DNA of 27,519 bases from Octopus sinensis (Eukaryota), in the NCBI RefSeq assembly GCF_006345805.1, contig NW_021827572.1:1-27519 (forward strand). Reading direction: 5' to 3'. The notes beneath the pieces were generated by a model, which searched no databases, was not told the DNA's origin, and worked only from the letters and a program-made list of their open reading frames with translations. Position 1 is the stretch's first letter. Every line of letters begins with the position of its first letter. Shown one piece after another: positions 22,070 to 27,519 of this stretch. Position numbers and translations under genes: made by a program.

Positions 22070-22121
22070 CATATATAAATATAGGGACAGTTACACACAC
22101 AGAAATACGAATAATATGTAT
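21551..22121. repeat. ~570-bp near-perfect palindrome (inverted duplication)
   Basis: Unique anchors TATTCGTATTTCTGTGTGTGTAACTGTCCCTAT, (GA)n, CATAACCATATTTAC and ACACGCGTAC all recur reverse-complemented in mirror order around about 21835. Confidence 0.93.
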
Positions 22122-22225
22122 CTATACCACAGAAAGTCTGCATAAAGTGTACTTTCATATCCAATGCTGATTTTTCAATAAATATATGTATCTACATCGA
22201 AATGAAACACTATGCATGCAAACCA

Positions 22226-22977
22226 TTGGGTCATCTCATAAATAATGCGGTTTTTTCAGTTGCATGAACTAAAATTTGTAGGGGAACGTGGAAACTACCA
22301 GCATCAACTTGCTATAAAAGCAGATAGTAATTTTACCTTGTCCTTATTCTTAGTGCAAGTTTTGAAGAGTGCAGTTTGATTTTAACAGTTATTTTTTGAA
22401 AGCTATAATGGAAATGACAAAGGAGCATATTCTGCATCTTTTGCTTTATGAGTTCAATGAAACAATGAAACAGAAAGTGCGAGGAATATTAATGGAGTAT
22501 AGGGGGGATCGGACAATAAGCGTAAGCTAGTGCGAACCCTGGTTCGAGAAATTCCGAGTCGGAAAATACAGCCTCGTTCTGGAAGATTGGTAGAGCTCGA
22601 CGAGGATGTCCTGCAAACACTGGTAGAACGAAATCCTATTGTAACTGTTGAGGAACTAGCAGAGAATCTTGGATTTGGTCATAAACTATTCAGTGACACC
22701 GGCGCTAGAAGAAAAACGACCAGAAGATGTTCTTCCATCAGGATAATGCTTGGCAACATACAGCGAGGAAGAAATTCCAAGGGCTGGAGCAGTTTGAATG
22801 GGAAATGATATCCCACCCGCCATATTCGCTGGACATTGCCCCATCTGATTATCATTTATTTCGCAGTCTTTAAAATCATTTGGACGCAAAAAATACGAAT
22901 TCTGTAGACGAGATCGGAATAGTACTGGAGAAGTATGTTTCGACATGCACAAGTGAATTTTGAAAGAGGGGCCTTCG
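22226..22977 (+). mobile_element. Mariner (DD34D) transposon, internally deleted, 3'-truncated, pseudogenised
   Basis: Left TIR TTGGGTCATCTCATAAATAATGCGGTTTTT; ATG at 22408 gives MEMTKEHILHLLLYEF...WFEKFR...PRSGR...TVEELAENLG (HTH domains), then FHQDNA...HPPYSLDIAPSDYHLFRSL; stops and frameshifts present; the WVPHEL and first-Asp region is missing. Confidence 0.93.
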
Positions 22978-23261
22978 TTTTCGGATTTGGTTCACAAGAT
23001 TCTTTATGTGAGTTCGTGCGTTGAAGCATATACTGTTGATTTCAGCGGTTGAACATGGCGAATAAAAGAACAAAAAAAAAACAAGGACAAACAAACAAAA
23101 AGCACGCAGCTCAAAGAACGGACAGAGACATCTACTACTGAAAAGTTTGCAAGACACAGCGGAAATTTTAGAAAAAATAAATAAGTAAATGAGTGGAAAT
23201 TTTACCGGTGAGTGTGTTAAATTATAAGGCACCAAAAGAGAATGACTCTGCCCAAACACAA

Positions 23262-23580
23262 CAGAGCTCGACTTTGCTTTTCATCATTTCGGGGTCGATA
23301 AATTAAGTACCAGTTACGCACTGGGGTCGATATAATCGATTTAATCCGTTTGTCTGTCCTTGTTTGTCCTCTCTGTGTTTAGCCCCTTGAGGGTAGTAAA
23401 GAAATAGGTATTTCGTCTGCCTTTCCGCTCTGTGTTCAAATTCCGCCGAGGTCAACTTTGCCTTTCATCCTTCAGGATCGATAAATTAAGTACCAGTTGC
23501 GTACTGGGGTCGATCTGATCGACTGACCCCCACCCCCCAAATTTCGGGCCTAGTGCATAGAGTAGAAAAGAAAAGAATAT
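23262..23580 (+). mobile_element. SINE family B, tandem (dimeric) 5'-truncated copy
   Basis: The unit ACTTTGC..TTTCATC..TTC.GG.TCGATAAATTAAGTACCAGTT.CG.ACTGGGGTCGAT occurs twice, with different 3' tails. Confidence 0.9.
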
Positions 23581-24875
23581 ATTTACTGCTATGCTCCATC
23601 AGGCTCTTCGAGTTAAAAATAAGGGGATGTATGTAAGATATCGTACCACAAGAAGAATCCTTCATTTAGCATGGATAAAATCTTAGATCAAAGTTTTCAC
23701 GTCCCTAATAAGGGATCGACTGTATGCTGATGACCGGAACTTTGTTAGGCATAGGGAAAAAGGGATGCAATCGTTGATTTATGCATTTGACACAGCATGT
23801 GATGTTGTAGTTTGACTACAGATTTTAAGAAAACGGTAGTTTTTGTCAAACTGTAGCGGGTCGAGTTGTGCAACGACCTAAAATATTAATACATATTAAA
23901 GATAATTTTCTAAAGGTTTTTGAATCCTTCATATAACTAGAGAGTGTAGTGAATAAAGTTGGAAAATTGTTTTCAGAAATATCTTTAAAGATTTAAAAGG
24001 TGGCAAAGTTTTTTTTTTTTTAGAATCTCTTGTCTTGCTGGGACGTTTCAGCAATGAAACATAAATATCTGCTTCTAGAATCGCTTCAGACTTTTGGAGC
24101 GATTCCATCAAAAATGCTTAGGCCGCATTCTGAAAATAATATGGAATTTATTCACCCCTGACTCTGCATCTGGTATTTGTTCCATCCGGGCAATAGTTCT
24201 GAAAAATCACACTCGATGGCCTGGACATATTGTCCACATGGGCAATGAGCGTACTCTTAAGCAAATGTCTCACGGGGAAATTGTTTAAGGGAAAAAAGGA
24301 AACAGTGTAAGGTAAAGAAATGGCTCAAGGATTCATTGAAGGAGAAATTGAAGAATACGGGCATTGTTGAAAAAAACGGAAAAGGCTCGCAGCGGGTCAC
24401 TCCTTGCACTCAAAAATATAGGATAGTATGAAAACGTTTGAGCAAAAGGGACTAATACTGATAGATATTAAGATGAAAGTATGAGGAAATATGAATTTGG
24501 TTGAAACTTTTGGTACTTATATATTTTGTTACAAAATCTGTCTGTCTGACGTTGAACTTAAATCTCACATAAGAGAACACAAGAGGGCGCTTCCTTCTAA
24601 TTAGAGAACATACTTATGGATAGAGAAGAGCATACCTTCTTTCCCCTCATCAATGCCATATGTGCCAAGGGTTATACAAACCCAAACGCAGTCTAAAGAA
24701 ATGTTTCAAGGTTCACCAAAATCAAACGCCACTGCCACTTCAAGCTGCGCTAAAACGAGTGACCAGTTTCTCTCTGAAAGTACGTCTGGTCTAAACAACC
24801 ACATAAGATCTCATTCCAGGACTGAGTATGGTGGACAGTGAGGTGGTCAAGCTTTGTATTGAGCAGACAACCACC
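23581..24875 (+). mobile_element. Decayed RTE-clade (BovB-like) LINE, 5'-truncated, with C-terminal C2H2-like zinc fingers
   Basis: GMYVRYRT...LIRDRLYADD (YADD at 23723-23734)...MQSL...F...C...KKTVV; LERFHQKCLGRILKI.W; RWPGHIVHMGNERTLKQ...GE; KWLKDSLK; then CYKICLS...LKSHIREH, CHMCQG and GLNNHIRSH. Confidence 0.9.
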
Positions 24876-25006
24876 ATATACATACATATATAAATGCATG
24901 CATACACACCTGTACGCATATACACGCACTCAAACATACACATATTTTGTTGGCTGCCAATAATCTTGATCGGCATGTGATGTACATTGATGGAAAAGGA
25001 ATATGT

Positions 25007-25037
<31 letters not shown>

Positions 25038-25047
25038 CTGCATATTG

Positions 25048-25279
25048 TCTCTTTTTACTCTTTTCTTGTTTCAGTCATTTTGACTGTTGACATGCTGGAG
25101 CACCGCCTTTAGTCGAGCAAATCGACCCCATGACTTATTCTTTGTAAACCTAGTACTTATTCTATCCGTCTCATTTGCCGAACCGCTAGCTTACGGGGAC
25201 GCAAACACACCAGCATCGGTTGTCATGCGATGTTGGGGGGACAAACACAGACATACAAACATATACCACACATACATAG

Positions 25280-25374
<95 letters not shown>

Positions 25375-25382
25375 CATATGTA

Positions 25383-25456
<74 letters not shown>

Positions 25457-25613
25457 TACGACGGGCTTCTTTCAGATTCCGTCTACCAAATCCACTCAGA
25501 AGGCTTTGGTCCGACCCGAGGCTATAGTAGAAGACACTTGCCCAAGGTGACGCGCAGTGGGACTGAACTCAGAACCATGTGGTTGGTAAGCAAGCTACTT
25601 ACCACACAGCCAC
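25048..25613 (-). mobile_element. SINE family A, near full length with expanded internal (TA)n
   Basis: Colinear with 12461-12856 on the opposite strand. Confidence 0.93.
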
Positions 25614-26388
25614 ATATACCTATGTACATGTGTATGTATTGATATACGTATATTATCTCCGTTGTCTTGCAAAAACTGATGGGAAACGTCTTCTTGGTTA
25701 AAGAGTGAAACTTCTTATTGCTTCGAATATAAATGACTATAGGGCGTTAGGGGTAATTAGTGCAAATAATCAAAGGTGTTGAGTGGAAGTTACATTTACA
25801 GACGGTTCAAAGTGGAGATGCGGTTGCTCGGACTTTGTGCACACGATTTAACAAGCTCCAAATAGGCTAAACCACCATGTAAATATCGGCTAAGATCTTC
25901 GTTGTCAGATATGACGACAGGGTGTTATTTAAAGGCAAGTTCGCTTTTATTGCTTTTCCGCCCACCTCATTAACATAGACAGGCTAATAGAATGTGTAAT
26001 GGCTAATACATAAGCACCATGGAAAGCCATGCAAGTGGTGCACACGTCATTAACACATGGGACACGTGTACGTCTTAAGAGACGAATCTCTATCAATGCG
26101 ATGAATATTCGTACGATTAGCTTCGTTGGGATAAAGCCGTCAGTGAACGCACACACTTCGGTTTCGATTCCGGATCATTTCATTTTAATTTATAAACTTC
26201 TAACAATTATACTTAATTTTCATATTAAAGTTCCGATAGATTTTCTGATACAAAGAGAAACCAACGTGAGAATCTGCTAGATATAGCAGCCAAGTCTACC
26301 GTAGCATTTACAAAAAGGAACAAAGATTAGCGGAAAAACAAGACATACATTTGGTGTGTGTGTGTGTGTTTATACATACATACACATA

Positions 26389-26480
26389 CAGGCGTGGTTG
26401 CGTGGTAAGGAACATGCTTCCCAGCCACATGCTTCCGGGTTCAGTACCACAGCGTGGCACAATGGGCGGGTGTTTTCTAC
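26389..26480 (+). mobile_element. SINE family A, head-only fragment
   Basis: CAGGCGTGGTTGCGTGGTAAG...GGGTTCAGTACCACAGCGTGGCACAATGGGC. Confidence 0.85.
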
Positions 26481-26565
26481 AAAAGACATATTTTTTTGTG
26501 GGGGAGGTTATATATATATAATATATATATATATACAACACACACACAACCAACATATATAACAT

Positions 26566-26730
26566 GCAGGCGCTGGCTGCGTGGTACGAAGCTTGCTTCC
26601 CAACCACATGGTTCGGGGGTTCAGTACCACAGCGTAGCACAATGGGCAGGTGTCTTTTACTATACCTACTGGCTGACCAAAGCCTTGAGAGTGGATTGGT
26701 AAACGAAAACTGAAAGAAGCTCGTCGTGTA
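26566..26730 (+). mobile_element. SINE family A, 5' half (3' half resumes at about 27244)
   Basis: Head through GAAAGAAGCTCGTCGT, then interrupted within its TA tract by a family B insertion. Confidence 0.85.
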
Positions 26731-26752
26731 TATATATATATATATAATATAG

Positions 26753-27104
26753 TCCCATAGGAGGCTAAGCATAGAAGTGACAAACAAGGACATGCAAAGG
26801 GATTGCGTCGATTATATCGACCCCTGTGCGAAACTGTTACTTAATTTAATCGACCCCGAAGGATGAGAGGCAAAGTCAACCTCGGTGGAAGTTGAATTCA
26901 GAACCGCGCGGGGACGGGGAAATACCTATTTCTTTACTACCCACAAGGGGTTAAACACAGAGAGGACAAACAAGGACAGACAAATGGATTAAGTCGATTA
27001 TATCGACCCCTGTGCGTAACTGGTACTTATTAATCGACCCCGAAAGGATGAAAGGCAATGTCGACCTCGGCGGATTTGATCTCAGAACGCTAAGCACGTC
27101 GTCC
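26753..27104 (-). mobile_element. SINE family B, tandem (dimeric) copy
   Basis: Reverse complement of the 23262-23580 units (TCGACCCCGAAAGGATGAAAGGC, AAATACCTATTTCTTTACTACCC). Confidence 0.9.
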
Positions 27105-27144
27105 ATTCTTATTTTTAAATATATATATATATATATATATATTA

Positions 27145-27185
<41 letters not shown>

Positions 27186-27287
27186 TATACATATATATAC
27201 ATATATATATATGCTTATATACATACATTATATATCTGTATGTATTTGTACCCCACCATCACTTGACAGCCGATATTGGTGTGTTTA

Positions 27288-27448
27288 GGATCGCGGTTTC
27301 GATTCCCAAACCGGGCGTTGTGAGTATTTATTGAGCGAAAACACCCAAATCTCAACGATTCCCTGGCAGGGGGTGGTGGCGAAACCTGCTGTACTCTTTC
27401 ACCACAACTTTCCCTCACTCTTTCTTCCTGTTTCTGTTGTACCTGTAC
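27288..27448 (+). mobile_element. SINE family C-related internal fragment
   Basis: B-box-like GTTTCGATTCCC, core TTGAGCGAAAACAC (compare TTGAGCAAGACAC at about 12160) and TTGTACCTGTA shared with 12217-12227. Confidence 0.6.
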
Positions 27449-27519
27449 CCCCTAGCATTGCTTGACACCGATGCTGTGTGTTTACGTCCCCGTCACTTAG
27501 CGGTTCGGCAAAAGAGACC
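27449..27519 (+). mobile_element. SINE family A 3' half, running off the window end
   Basis: GCTTGACACCGATGCTGTGTGTTTACGTCCCCGTCACTTAGCGGTTCGGCAAAAGAGACC matches 12699-12760. Confidence 0.88.

Noticed and set aside
25676-25690. CTGATGGGAAACGTC mini hammerhead-like string
   Set aside because: No stem II and A9 missing; probably chance or an unrecognisable remnant.
674-27202. Dozens of ORFs rich in IY/YI, HT/CV, LSIY, poly-I/L/Y/N
   Set aside because: They are translations of TA, CA, GATA and AAT microsatellites, which lack stops in some frames.
1-27519. CRISPR array, prokaryotic operon or rRNA
   Set aside because: No regularly spaced repeat-spacer units, dense coding or rRNA motifs; the sequence is eukaryotic repeat-rich DNA.

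Overview
AT-rich, microsatellite-dense eukaryotic non-coding DNA. It is very probably from an octopus (coleoid cephalopod), judged from its tRNA-derived SINE families. I find no intact protein-coding gene; nearly all listed ORFs are translations of (TA)n/(GATA)n/(CA)n/(AAT)n repeats. The window is mostly decayed mobile elements: three SINE families, a Penelope-like (Naiad-type) GIY-YIG retroelement 3' half, an R4/Dong RLE-LINE 3' end inside (AAT)n, an RTE LINE with a C-terminal zinc-finger tail, a deleted mariner, a pogo-type MITE and a non-autonomous Helitron. The most interesting signal is a set of at least five minimal type I hammerhead ribozyme (HHR) motifs plus several half-motifs, often in head-to-head foldback structures. 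One looks catalytically intact (18111-18163). Another sits at the tail of an apparent tRNA-headed, (AAT)n-spacered, hammerhead-tailed non-autonomous element, and that composite insertion is flanked by a 35-bp direct repeat (14832-16301). All family assignments come from motif recognition by eye, not from database searches.
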